Part shown: positions 52,139-62,231 of the stretch, in pieces
Position numbering within the stretch: the stretch's first letter is position 1
Layout of the letters: the number at the start of each line of letters is the position of its first letter
DNA from: Synechococcus sp.
Lineage (GTDB): Bacteria > Cyanobacteriota > Cyanobacteriia > Thermostichales > PCC-7336
Direction: 5' to 3'
Assembly: GCA_051439425.1 (NCBI GenBank)
Contig: JBFRWD010000178.1
Location: 37,931-101,930, forward strand
Length of the DNA: 64,000 bases
The notes under the pieces: generated by a model
The model's database searches: none
Told to the model about the DNA's origin: nothing
The model's input: only the letters and a program-made list of their open reading frames with translations
Translations under genes and position numbers: made by a program

Positions 52139-54511
52139 CTAACCATTTGAATTGGGCAGTGTGGCACTGGGGTAGGGAATGCGCTCGTGATACGACTCTC
52201 GCCAAACTTGGAGAAAGACATCAGCGATCAAATCCATCTCCTCACGCAGAAGACCGGAATCCTTTAGTTGCCCATCTTGCCAACGATTACGAAAAATACT
52301 CAAAATCGTCTTGCGAGCGTCTTCAATCGATGCACTATCGATATCTCCTGACAGGTTCTTGCGCAAACTGCGCAGAGCTGCTTCGCAAGCATCTGCCAAC
52401 ATCACAACACCTGTCTCGCGGGTTTGCGGGATGGGACCGTCATAGCGGAACAGTGACTCATCAAACTCCTCATCAGGGTGAGCGTTTAACTTTGCCTGAT
52501 GATGAAAGAAAGCGACGCGGATGGTTCCCTGATGTTCCGGAATAAATGCGCGGATGGCTGTTGGGAGGCGATACTGACGAGCCAGTTTTAGCCCATCTCG
52601 GACATGATCGATGATAATTTGGGCGCTCTCGTAGGGATCGTTGACCTCATCATGTAGATTAGGGCCACCCATCTGATTCTCGATGAAGTATTGGGCTCGT
52701 ATCATTTTTCCAATGTCGTGATACAACGTGCCCGTGCGAACTAATTCGGCATTGAGGTTTAGCTTCTGAGCGGCCCGCTCTGCCAAAGAGGTGACGAATA
52801 GGGTGTGCTGATAGGTTCCCGGTGCCTCCTCTGCTAAACGTCGCAGGAGCGGTCTGTTAGGGTTGGCCAATTCGGCCAAGCGAATGGGAGTGACCAAATC
52901 GAAGAGGGGTTCCAAATTGGGACTTGCCCCCAGCGCCACAATGCTCCATAACAAACCGGAGCCACCTGCGATCGCCGCCGTAGTCCAACTAACTGGATTG
53001 CCTAAGGCCAAAGGAACAACAGCAAAGATAAATGCCTGGGTGAAGGCTGCTCCCCCTCCGAGTAGAGCTAACTCCTCGCGAGATCGCAGGCGGGGAGCAA
53101 TCGCACACGCTAAGAGACTGCCCGTCAAAATAGGAAGCAAGGCAGGAGCGATCGCCAGATAGCTGGTTCCGGTGGCTAATGGCAGCAAAGCTGCAGCCAC
53201 AACAACGATTAACAGACCGATCCAGCCACCGTAGTAACTACCAGACAGCAGCCCAACAGCTGGAAGGGACGTCGAGGGGATACCGAGCCCAATCGCCGTA
53301 GGAGCAACAGTACTCCACAGAAGCAGTAGCAAGCACCGATCTCGAGTCCGCAGATTGGGTCGTAGCCACGTTTGTAGCGGCATGACAACTGCGATACTGC
53401 CAACAATCACCCCTGCCACTCGAAGTAGGCCCCCTAGATTAAGGCGACGTTGGGTTAAATCAAAATAATCGAGAGTATCGAAATCGAGCTGAGAAATGGT
53501 ATCGCCCGGTTTGACAATCGCGTCTCCTTGTTGAACGTCAACGGTGCTCGGGGGTAATATCTCCAGTTGGCGCTGTACTCGAGTCTCCGTTCGTTCGGGG
53601 TCGGGATCTAAATTAGGACGTACAACGTCGGCCAGTACCGAGACCAACCCCGGCGCAATGGTTTCAGGATAGAGTTCCAGCTGTGCCTGGATTCCTTGAG
53701 TTTCGATCTCGCGGGGTAACCCTCTTGCAATGCCTAGAGCTTGGGTACGCCTCAACACCTCCGGTAATATCTGACGGGCTTCATCCCATTCGGCCTGGTT
53801 CCACTGCAATAATTCTGGAGACCAGGGGCTACTTGATAAGGCAGATAATGCTGTACGGTAACGGTTCTGGGCTGCTTCAATCTCGTTCAGAGTGAGTTGA
53901 TAGTCGGAACTAACGTCGGGTGGTGTAGTCTCTCGGGATAGAAGCTGCAGAGCTCCTGCCGCTCGCGTCGCCTCTGGTTGCGCTAACGTCACTGCCGCGT
54001 AATTGTCAGTGGCAATACGCACGATGTCCCATTCGCTGGCGGATAATTGCCTTAAATACAGCTGGGCATCGGTCGTTAAGGTCGTCGTCGGAAGATACGG
54101 TAATGCCCCCAATTCCAGGCGGATAGACTCGGCGGCGGTAATCTGCTGCTGTAATGCCTCGTTCATAGCCGTATTGGCAGATTCATTCAGTTGCAGAATC
54201 TGAATGGTGCTGCGAATCTCTTCCCGTTCTTGTGCGGTGGTTGCCGTGTCGATAATCGTCGCATCGTCAGGGGCTTCGATGATTTCCTGAACCACCTGAC
54301 CTACTGCCAAACGGGGTTCGTTATAGTACCGAATACCATGAGCTGCCGTTAATAGGGTGATCGCAAAGACGTATCCCGCACCGTTTTTAATCCAGGGTAA
54401 TGCTGAGGTTATCCGAGCCACTCGCTCGCCGTGCAATCCGACTACTGCCAGCCATTTGGAAACACCCTTCGAATTGTCGTTGTTAAGGGAAGTCATACAG
54501 TCAGAGAACAA
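52139..54511 (-). CDS. 7TM-HD (HDIG) phosphohydrolase, PgpH-like c-di-AMP phosphodiesterase
   Basis: Extracytoplasmic domain, ~7 TMs, LAELANPNRPLL..L..EAPGT.QH, YHDIGK, HV.DG, EHQGT, FRYDGP.PQ..E...MLAD..EAA. Confidence 0.9.
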   Translation of the reverse strand: MFSDCMTSLNNDNSKGVSKWLAVVGLHGERVARITSALPWIKNGAGYVFAITLLTAAHGIRYYNEPRLAVGQVVQEIIEAPDDATIIDTATTAQEREEIRSTIQILQLNESANTAMNEALQQQITAAESIRLELGALPYLPTTTLTTDAQLYLRQLSASEWDIVRIATDNYAAVTLAQPEATRAAGALQLLSRETTPPDVSSDYQLTLNEIEAAQNRYRTALSALSSSPWSPELLQWNQAEWDEARQILPEVLRRTQALGIARGLPREIETQGIQAQLELYPETIAPGLVSVLADVVRPNLDPDPERTETRVQRQLEILPPSTVDVQQGDAIVKPGDTISQLDFDTLDYFDLTQRRLNLGGLLRVAGVIVGSIAVVMPLQTWLRPNLRTRDRCLLLLLWSTVAPTAIGLGIPSTSLPAVGLLSGSYYGGWIGLLIVVVAAALLPLATGTSYLAIAPALLPILTGSLLACAIAPRLRSREELALLGGGAAFTQAFIFAVVPLALGNPVSWTTAAIAGGSGLLWSIVALGASPNLEPLFDLVTPIRLAELANPNRPLLRRLAEEAPGTYQHTLFVTSLAERAAQKLNLNAELVRTGTLYHDIGKMIRAQYFIENQMGGPNLHDEVNDPYESAQIIIDHVRDGLKLARQYRLPTAIRAFIPEHQGTIRVAFFHHQAKLNAHPDEEFDESLFRYDGPIPQTRETGVVMLADACEAALRSLRKNLSGDIDSASIEDARKTILSIFRNRWQDGQLKDSGLLREEMDLIADVFLQVWRESYHERIPYPSATLPNSNG

Positions 54512-54563
54512 TCCGGTGAAGCGAGAAACAAGCCGGCCGTTGTACTAGAGGAATGCTAGACAT

Positions 54564-55583
54564 CTAACGGGAAAGAGAGACCGAGGAGTCTCGGAGGGCT
54601 TCAGCGGGAGACTTAGAGTGGGGCCAGGCGAACGCATGTCGGAAGGCAGCCGCTTGGCAGCGTTGGAGTTGCTGAAAACTGATGATATCGAGAGTCAACA
54701 GATTTTCATACTCAAAGGGCAGTCGCACGTTGTGCAGACCGGCATTATCGGTACAAATAGCAATATCCACTCCAGCATCGAAACAGCGTTGAAACACTTT
54801 CTTTAGTGGATCCAACGAGGATAAGGTACCCGTTTTTAGATAGGTTGTGGGGCACACTTCTAAACATTGCTGGCGCTTGGCCACTTCTGGCAGCAGTTCG
54901 GGGTGCAGGAGGGGAATTTGGATGCCATGACCAATCCGAGACACGTAGGGCAGCAAATCGGGATAGCAACCTGCAGGAGTTTCATAGAGGTGGGCGGTTG
55001 TTTTGAGGCCGCTGGCCAATGCGTAGCGATAAAGTTCCACCCATTCAGGCATTCGATCTCGATAGGCTTTGTCTCCCCCGGCCAAGTCAATGGCACAAAC
55101 GGACTTGTGTTGAATGGCTGCATCGACTATGGCCCGGTTGACATTGGCGGGCAGGCGAGAATGCAGGCAGAGAATTTGGCTGGTGACGATTGGGTAATCG
55201 GTCTGAGTAATCGCCTCCGCCACACAGTCGATAATTTGGTGCATTTGCCGCAGGCGATCGGGCTCGTCCAGGCTGGGGTCGGTGCGCAGGTAGGGGGTGT
55301 AGCGAATTTCTAGATAGGCCAGATCTTCAAAAATGTAGGCACCGCGCAATAACCGATAAATAAAGTATGGGAGTGTCTCCAGTGTTTGGACACTTTCCAC
55401 CAGTGAGTGCAGTTCCAGATATTCGTCGAGAGTATTGCGCGGGCGAGTGTAAAACGCTTCGAATTGAGGGTAGTCGGAATAGGTTTGGGTGAGGGGGGAA
55501 TCGGTGCGATCGAGATAACGCCACAGAACGCGCGGAACAACAGACCCACCCAGATGACGGTGTAATTCGGCGTGGAGAGCCAT
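54564..55583 (-). CDS. Adenosine/adenine deaminase family protein
   Basis: ELHRHLGGS, YLEIR, TAHLYE, RIGHGI, EVCPT, ICTDN. Confidence 0.88.
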   Translation of the reverse strand: MALHAELHRHLGGSVVPRVLWRYLDRTDSPLTQTYSDYPQFEAFYTRPRNTLDEYLELHSLVESVQTLETLPYFIYRLLRGAYIFEDLAYLEIRYTPYLRTDPSLDEPDRLRQMHQIIDCVAEAITQTDYPIVTSQILCLHSRLPANVNRAIVDAAIQHKSVCAIDLAGGDKAYRDRMPEWVELYRYALASGLKTTAHLYETPAGCYPDLLPYVSRIGHGIQIPLLHPELLPEVAKRQQCLEVCPTTYLKTGTLSSLDPLKKVFQRCFDAGVDIAICTDNAGLHNVRLPFEYENLLTLDIISFQQLQRCQAAAFRHAFAWPHSKSPAEALRDSSVSLSR

Positions 55584-55696
55584 GAATCGTTTCTTCCAGA
55601 GATGTAGGGTGCGGATAGTTAAGGCCGATACACTGGACGGTGCGAAAGGTCGCTGAATTTGTCCAATCGTAACTCACCCCCCTGCGTTCCGCCTGC

Positions 55697-56794
55697 ATGT
55701 ATTCCCACACTCTTCGCCCCCTATTATTTCGCATTGACCCCGAGCGCTTGCACCGCTGGGCGATCGCTCAATCTCGCTGGCTTGCTCTCAATCCCTACCT
55801 GCATCCCCTGTTGTCTGGGTTGGCAGCCCCTCGCGATTTGAGGCTGCAGCAAACTCTGTGGGGATTAACGTTCCAGCATCCGGTGGGATTGGCGGCTGGT
55901 TTCGATAAAAATGCAGAGGCGATCGCCCTATGGCCCCGGATTGGCTTTGCCTTTTCGGAAGTGGGAACAATCACCGCTCAGGCCCAAGCGGGAAACCCTC
56001 TGCCCCGTCTATTTAGACTGCCGGCCGATGAGGCCGTCATTAACCGCTATGGCTTTAATAACGAGGGGGCCAACGTAGTTGCCCATCGCCTCACAACCGA
56101 TCCGCACAGTCCTGCAGGGTATCCTGTTGGACTTAACCTGGGGAAATCCAAATTGACTCCCTTAGAGGAGGCTCCCTCTGACTATCTATCGAGTTTTCAG
56201 CAGCTCTATCCCTATGGTGATTACTTTGTCGTAAACGTCAGCTCTCCGAATACGCCAGGGCTGCGTAAATTGCAATCGCGAGACAACCTAGAGCGCATCG
56301 TGTCGCTGTTGCAGGAGCATAACTCGGAAACAAAGCCCCTACTGGTGAAGATTGCCCCCGATTTAACGTGGGAGCAGTTGGACGAGTTGCTGGAGTTGGT
56401 TCTGGATTCCAGTATTGCCGGGATTATTGCCACGAATACAACATTGCAGAGGGAGGGGCTGAACACGCGGAAGATCGCCCAAACCGGTCGCCCACCCAGC
56501 AAGGAGTCTGGGGGGTTAAGCGGCCCTCCCGTACGAGCCAAGTCCACTGAGATGGTGCGCTACATCTACCGGCAGACGGACGGCAAGCTACCGATTATCG
56601 GGGTGGGTGGGATTGACTCGGCAGATGCGGCTTGGGAAAAGATTGCGGCTGGAGCTAGTTTGGTTCAGCTCTATACAGGGCTTGTCTACGAGGGGCCTGG
56701 GTTGCCGTCTCGGATTGTGCGAGGGCTGATTGCCAAGCTGGATGAATCGGGATTCTCAACAATCTCTGAAGCGGTTGGATACGACTGTGGATGA
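55697..56794 (+). CDS. pyrD: Quinone-dependent dihydroorotate dehydrogenase (class 2)
   Basis: GLAAGFDKNA, NRYGFNNEG, NVSSPNTPGLR, KIAPDL, GGLSG, GVGGI, VQLYTG. Confidence 0.97.
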   Translation: MYSHTLRPLLFRIDPERLHRWAIAQSRWLALNPYLHPLLSGLAAPRDLRLQQTLWGLTFQHPVGLAAGFDKNAEAIALWPRIGFAFSEVGTITAQAQAGNPLPRLFRLPADEAVINRYGFNNEGANVVAHRLTTDPHSPAGYPVGLNLGKSKLTPLEEAPSDYLSSFQQLYPYGDYFVVNVSSPNTPGLRKLQSRDNLERIVSLLQEHNSETKPLLVKIAPDLTWEQLDELLELVLDSSIAGIIATNTTLQREGLNTRKIAQTGRPPSKESGGLSGPPVRAKSTEMVRYIYRQTDGKLPIIGVGGIDSADAAWEKIAAGASLVQLYTGLVYEGPGLPSRIVRGLIAKLDESGFSTISEAVGYDCG

Positions 56795-56905
56795 GTTCGT
56801 TATGCTAGAGCGCAGCATGGGGCGTGCGAGTTGCACGAGCGATCGCCTGCTATGCCGTGAAGATGCTGGATGGTTAGACGAAGATGGTGAGACGGAGATG
56901 ATGAG

Positions 56906-57334
56906 ATGGAAATGGTGAACAACCCAGGGGACAAACGACTGCAAGCGCTGAAAGTGGTGCTGGGGGCAGCGTGGGCGGATGGAACGCTGCAGTCGGAGGA
57001 ACTAACCCCTATTCACACGATTGTGGATGAGCTGGGCTTGGCATCCCACCCCGATATTTTGACATTGCTGGAAACTCCTATCCCTGCTGTCACCTATCGA
57101 CATTATTTAGACGATTATTTAGCCAACCATCCCACTAAACAGGAGCGTCAATTACTGTTGGGGCTGATTAAGCGAGTGGTGTATGCCGACAATGAGGTGT
57201 CGATTGAAGAAGGCTACATTTTGGGGGAGCTGACCGATTTATTGGAGGATATGTCTCCCGATCGTTCTGTGAATCAGGACGATGCTCAACGATTTCGCAG
57301 CATGTTCGGACGCTTGTTTCGTCGTCCAGCTTGA
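56906..57334 (+). CDS. TerB-family (tellurite resistance-like) protein
   Basis: GAAWADG.LQ.EE and VVYADNEVSIEE, the paired ADG/E metal-binding motifs of TerB folds. Confidence 0.82.
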   Translation: MEMVNNPGDKRLQALKVVLGAAWADGTLQSEELTPIHTIVDELGLASHPDILTLLETPIPAVTYRHYLDDYLANHPTKQERQLLLGLIKRVVYADNEVSIEEGYILGELTDLLEDMSPDRSVNQDDAQRFRSMFGRLFRRPA

Positions 57335-57486
57335 GCGGTGCTGTCGTGCCTGCAATCCGGTCGATCTCCTCGGGGCAATCTTCATCCTTAATGCTGGTGT
57401 CCGATGACCGATTCACACGCTGAATCGACCTGAGCTCGCAATTCAGTTTCAAGCTTCTGGAGATTGCGTAAAATCCATAGTCGGGA

Positions 57487-58056
57487 ATGGGAGGGGATCT
57501 GTTGGACTGGAATCATCAACCGTTTGCCAATGTTGACAGTCGGGATTCAACCGATATTCTACTGCGCACCACTCAACAGAGTTTGGTGCAGTACAGCCTG
57601 ATGGCGGACAACAAAGCCAATATTATGATCACGGTTTCGTCGATTGTCCTCTCCATTTCCCTCAGCCAGTCGGGCAATTCTCCTCACAAATTGCCGTTGG
57701 TGATTGTCTGCATTTCAGCGCTGTTTGCCCTTATCCTGGCCATCCTGGCGGTACTTCCCACCATTGCTTATCCCAAAGATGCCAGTGGTAAAGCCCATCT
57801 ACATTCGCCGTCATTCAATCTGCTGTATTTCGGCCATTTCTCGAAATTGTCCCAACAGACATTTCAGTCAGAGTTAGAACGAATTACCTCCTCCAGCTCC
57901 GATTTGTACGTCACCATTGCCAAAGATATTCATGCCCACGCCAAAGTGTTGGTGGAAAAGAAATATCTCTATCTACGCTGGAGCTATATTTCCTTTTTGG
58001 TGGGGGCTGGAGCTGGGGCGGCTACCTTTGTCGTGAAGGCAGTGATTGGCTCCTGA
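57487..58056 (+). CDS. Pycsar effector family (DUF5706 / PycTM-like) membrane protein
   Basis: LLRT.QQ..VQ.S.MADNKANIMITV, two TMs ending AVLP, NLLYFGHF, K.L..KKY.YLR.SY..F, final TM. Confidence 0.82.
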   Translation: MGGDLLDWNHQPFANVDSRDSTDILLRTTQQSLVQYSLMADNKANIMITVSSIVLSISLSQSGNSPHKLPLVIVCISALFALILAILAVLPTIAYPKDASGKAHLHSPSFNLLYFGHFSKLSQQTFQSELERITSSSSDLYVTIAKDIHAHAKVLVEKKYLYLRWSYISFLVGAGAGAATFVVKAVIGS

Positions 58057-58183
58057 GGCGCGAACTGGCCTCTATAGCTTTCGGCAATCAGCTATGGAGA
58101 GTTCTCTAGCCATTTTTTCTGGGAAATCAAGGGTTTGAGCTGTCTCCGCACTCCAGACCCTACAGCGGATTGCTACAGAACTT

Positions 58184-59173
58184 CTACTGGATGAACGACT
58201 GGATGAGTTCTGCTGTGTGTTCCGATTTTTCTAGATGGGGCACGTGGCCGCAATTTGGCACCCAAACCAACTCGCAATCCGCGATCGCCTGCTCGAATTT
58301 CTCAGCATCTTTCGTACCTAAAATTCGATCGTCTGCGCCCCATATCACTAGGGTTTTTGCACAGATTTCGCGAATGCGATCGGCCAAAAATGTGTAGCCG
58401 CCACTCTTCGTAAACGCAATAGTAGCCTGTCTCCATCCTTTACATTCCAAGTGCAGCGCCGCACAAGTAGCTGCATCTGCCGATGCGAAACTACGATCGC
58501 AATAGGCCAGCCGACTAATCCGATTCCGCACCCAGCTATTGCGCAAAATTTCTGTGGCAATCCAATCCAGTGGCGGCACCATCATCTTGGTTTCCGGCCC
58601 ACCTTTGGCAAACCCTGCACTATCGAGTAACACCAGGCGCTCGACTGCTTGCGGATACCTGAGGGCAAAGTCAATTGCTGCCGCCCCTCCCATCGAGGCT
58701 CCAACCAAAACGACCGGACGGGCGATCGCTTGTTCCCAGAAAGCATACAAATGTTGGTGAATTTCATCAGGTGAAAAGGATAGCCCCACCACCCGCTCGG
58801 TAAAACCAAACCCCAGCAGATCTAATGCCCATGCTTTTCGATGGGGAGCCAGTAACGGTAGGAGACGGCGGAATTCAAAGACGGAACTGTCAAACCCGTG
58901 CAGCAGCAATATGGGTATTTCGCTTTCCGCCCCCTGTTGCACGAAGGTTGTGGGAATGGGCTCGGAGATAAACGGTACAGCGATCGCCGTTTGCTGGATA
59001 GCATCGGCAAGGGCGATCGACGTTGATTCGGTTAGATTTCGCGCAGTAGTCGAAAGTTGTAAGGGAGAGGCAGAACGCTGGATGCTGGTGGATGTCACAA
59101 CTGTCGTGCAGAGAGTCTGCAGCTCATCGTAAGCCAATTCAGGGGGGTTGCTGACCACTGGGGCCAAACACAA
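58184..59173 (-). CDS. Alpha/beta hydrolase
   Basis: LLHGFDSS, DLLGFG, nucleophile GASMGG, WG.DD, GHVPHLE. Confidence 0.9.
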   Translation of the reverse strand: MCLAPVVSNPPELAYDELQTLCTTVVTSTSIQRSASPLQLSTTARNLTESTSIALADAIQQTAIAVPFISEPIPTTFVQQGAESEIPILLLHGFDSSVFEFRRLLPLLAPHRKAWALDLLGFGFTERVVGLSFSPDEIHQHLYAFWEQAIARPVVLVGASMGGAAAIDFALRYPQAVERLVLLDSAGFAKGGPETKMMVPPLDWIATEILRNSWVRNRISRLAYCDRSFASADAATCAALHLECKGWRQATIAFTKSGGYTFLADRIREICAKTLVIWGADDRILGTKDAEKFEQAIADCELVWVPNCGHVPHLEKSEHTAELIQSFIQ

Positions 59174-59195
59174 TAAATCGGGAGTCAGCTCCGAT

Positions 59196-59861
59196 CTATA
59201 GATTTACATTTGTCGAACATTCAATCTGCTTCAATAGTTGTTCCACTTTCGCCAAGTCCTTAATCCCCGGCTGAACCTCTACCCCGCTCGACAGATCGAC
59301 ACCATCGGGAGCTAGAGCCGCAATTGCTTCCCTGACATTCTTGGGCGTCAAACCGCCCGCCAGTAGCCACGGACGCTGGGGATGAAAGTCGTGCAATAGC
59401 GTCCAATCCGCCTTCAACCCCGTGCCTCCCGCTTGTTGGGAATGGTATGCATCGATGAGGAAGGCATCCACTACATCACCATAAGTGGCGAGGAGATCGA
59501 GGTCAGAGGCTTGTTGCAGGCGCAATGCCTTGATGAGTTTAGTGGTGGGAAGCAGATCCCTGAGGGCTTGGCAATCGTCTACAGACTCGTCCCCGTGCAA
59601 CTGCACCCCACTCAGGCCACACCGCTGGACGATGTCACATATTCGCTCGGAACTCTCGTTTACAAACACCCCAATCGCCTGTACCTGTTTGGGCAACGCC
59701 AGCACAATGGGCCGAATGTGCTCGGCAGACACGTAACGCTTCGACTGAGTGACGCAGATAAACCCAATCGCACACTGACCCGCTAGCCCGTGCTGCAGCA
59801 TCGCATCCGCGATCGCCCGCCCTTGTTCCACCTGGGTAATGCCGCAAATCTTGACGAACAT
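59196..59861 (-). CDS. trpF: Phosphoribosylanthranilate isomerase
   Basis: VKICGIT, VQLHGDE, GGTG...DW, LAGGL.P.NV, GVDLSSGVE..PG.KD. Confidence 0.96.
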   Translation of the reverse strand: MFVKICGITQVEQGRAIADAMLQHGLAGQCAIGFICVTQSKRYVSAEHIRPIVLALPKQVQAIGVFVNESSERICDIVQRCGLSGVQLHGDESVDDCQALRDLLPTTKLIKALRLQQASDLDLLATYGDVVDAFLIDAYHSQQAGGTGLKADWTLLHDFHPQRPWLLAGGLTPKNVREAIAALAPDGVDLSSGVEVQPGIKDLAKVEQLLKQIECSTNVNL

Positions 59862-59907
59862 CCGTTAGAGATTCCGTGTATTTGAGAGGGAGTGACTGGC
59901 AGCTTTC

Positions 59908-60963
59908 CTATTTACGCTCGGGGTGCAAATTGACCTTATGGTTTACACAGTCTAGCCGATTGATGGCTCGGACCATTTGCCACAGCCGACCAAAATTCCT
60001 CTGGTTGAAATGCATCACCAATCGGGGTAGGGCATCAGTTTCTCCGCCAATCTCGGGAGGTAGAGGGCCAGATTTCTTAATCTTGCCGGACAGCAGGATA
60101 TCGCTAAATTCCTCGTTCAGCTCTCTAACTGACCCATCCGTCAGCTCGGTATTCAGTCGGATAACTAGCAGCTCGCCAACATAGCGGGTGCTGTGGAAAG
60201 TGCGATAGAAGTCAGAGATTGCCGAGCAAGCGGTAGCAATGTCATCCGTGATGGTGTAAATTTCGACATCTTCCGGACTAACTAAGCCTCTGGCCAGCAA
60301 ATTCGACCGAATATACGCATCCCAGTCATGCCAATAACGACCGCCAGGACGATCGACCAATACCAGGGGCATGAGTTGCGCCTTACCGGTCTGCATCAAG
60401 GTCAGGGTCTCGAACCCTTCATCTTGGGTACCGAAGCCACCGGGAAACAGCACAACAGCATCGGACTCTTTCAGGAAAAACAGCTTGCGAATAAAGAAAT
60501 ATTTGAAGTTGATCTCGCGATCGCTCTCAGCAATTACCGGATTTGATTCTTGCTCGAATGGCAATTCAATATTGAGGCCAAATGAGTTTTCCAGGCCAGC
60601 GCCCTGATTGCCTGCCTCCATAATCCCGCCACCGCCACCAGTCATGACATCAAATCCTTGGCGGGTGACGCACTGGGCGAACTGCAACGCGTGCTGGTAC
60701 TCGGGAGAGCCAACCGGCGATCGGGCGGAGCCAAAAATAGCAACTTTGCGGGTATGTTTGTGGGCCTCGAACGAGCGATAGCCCGACTCCATATCCCGCA
60801 GAGTCGAATTTAGAATCTTGACATCTAACCTCGATAGGTCGAGATGTCCGATTTGTACCAGTGCCCGTACAACCCTAGTCCAAATATCGGCATTGGGACG
60901 ACTTTTCAACTGCTGAAGCAGTTGTTCGCAGGCAAGTAGGGTTTCAGGAGTAAGTTCGCTCAA
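59908..60963 (-). CDS. LOG-family nucleotide phosphoribohydrolase (long form)
   Basis: FGSAR, TGGGGGIMEAGN, GLNIELPFEQ, FKYFF.RK, PGGFGT.DE. Confidence 0.9.
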   Translation of the reverse strand: MSELTPETLLACEQLLQQLKSRPNADIWTRVVRALVQIGHLDLSRLDVKILNSTLRDMESGYRSFEAHKHTRKVAIFGSARSPVGSPEYQHALQFAQCVTRQGFDVMTGGGGGIMEAGNQGAGLENSFGLNIELPFEQESNPVIAESDREINFKYFFIRKLFFLKESDAVVLFPGGFGTQDEGFETLTLMQTGKAQLMPLVLVDRPGGRYWHDWDAYIRSNLLARGLVSPEDVEIYTITDDIATACSAISDFYRTFHSTRYVGELLVIRLNTELTDGSVRELNEEFSDILLSGKIKKSGPLPPEIGGETDALPRLVMHFNQRNFGRLWQMVRAINRLDCVNHKVNLHPERK

Positions 60964-60970
60964 GGAAGAC

Positions 60971-61297
60971 TTAGCCGATGTGCTTCTCTAGAGTACTGGC
61001 CAACGTTGCCTTCGGGACAGCACCGACGACTACGTCTACCTTTTGTCCACCTTTAAACACCATCAGGGTCGGGATGCTACGAATACCGTACTCACTAGCC
61101 ACCTTGGGGTTTTCGTCCGTGTTCATTTTGACGACTTTGACTTTGCCGTCATACTGTTCGGCGATTTCCTGTACGACAGGCGCAACCATCCTGCAGGGGC
61201 CGCACCAGGGAGCCCAAAAATCTACAAGCACCGGTAAGTCGCTACCGATAACTTCTGTTTCAAAACTGTCATCTTTAACGTCAATGGCTCCCGACAT
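60971..61297 (-). CDS. trxA: Thioredoxin (m-type)
   Basis: [37 protein letters not shown]. Confidence 0.97.
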   Translation of the reverse strand: MSGAIDVKDDSFETEVIGSDLPVLVDFWAPWCGPCRMVAPVVQEIAEQYDGKVKVVKMNTDENPKVASEYGIRSIPTLMVFKGGQKVDVVVGAVPKATLASTLEKHIG

Positions 61298-61503
61298 GAA
61301 CGGAAAACTCCTACAAACGTCGTTCTATTCGGCTGCCATAATATCACGGGAATTTTCGCTCATTCCCTCTAAGGTAGGAATCATCAGCTACTGAGCGACT
61401 GCGATCGCAAGTCTTAATCCCAGCATTAGATTTCACTACCGGAAGACGGAGTTGGCGGTGACCTTTCGCACTTGCAACGGCGAGACTGCTTAGGCCGAAT
61501 TGT

Positions 61504-61956
61504 TTACCCAGCGGCATTTGCTGTTGATGCGTCCTCTGCTGCGTTGGATGAATTAGCAGGCTGACTTGTTTGCTCGGTCGAGTCTTCGCCTCTCTCTACT
61601 GCCACAATTTCGCTGATGTTGGGGGGAGAGCCGATTGACGAGTCGGCTACAACTACATCACTGGAATCCGACCCTGTATGACTGGTCAAGCCTAGCCACG
61701 CTAGCTGAATGCTGTAGGCCAGCAAGCCGATAGTGACGACCGAGAACATGAACGCCATGAGTCCAATCGAGCCCACCAGCATATAGCGCACACCAATCGA
61801 GATGCTGCGAGCCAAAGGGGAACCATCAATAGCAATCGGAGGGAGGTTGTGCAGAATCGACATCAGCAGCCGAATAAAGAGGTATGCCATACCTCCCGAG
61901 ATAATCGTGCCGGTAGACACTTTGATAAATCCGGTGTCTTGTTGGAGTTGGGTCAT
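61504..61956 (-). CDS. DUF3082-like membrane protein
   Basis: Two TM helices with the G..ISG..A...ARSISIGVR.MLVG...F..V..GL pattern; acidic tail. Confidence 0.6.
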   Translation of the reverse strand: MTQLQQDTGFIKVSTGTIISGGMAYLFIRLLMSILHNLPPIAIDGSPLARSISIGVRYMLVGSIGLMAFMFSVVTIGLLAYSIQLAWLGLTSHTGSDSSDVVVADSSIGSPPNISEIVAVERGEDSTEQTSQPANSSNAAEDASTANAAG

Positions 61957-62231
61957 GGCAAAGAGACACTGAGGGTGAAAAGAACAGGTTCGGCAAAGCA
62001 AACGCAAGTACGTGCAGTGCCGATCGCACGCTTCAATTCTACGTTGGCATTAGAATAGGCAATCCCTAGTGACTGATAAGCGGCAGTGAAAACGGATTGC
62101 AACCCTGCAGTGGTGAGCTCTGTTATCGACAGATAGAGGATTGTCTGAAATAGCGGTTTGCTTCTGACAGTCATCTTTCCCCGCTAACCTGTTCGCGTTT
62201 ATTCATGGTTAAAGACCGATCGAGGCTCTGA

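Noticed and set aside
61298..61503. Yfr1 sRNA, often found next to trxA
   Set aside because: No ACTCCTCACAC motif on either strand; AACTCCTAC is just the complement of the trxA RBS.
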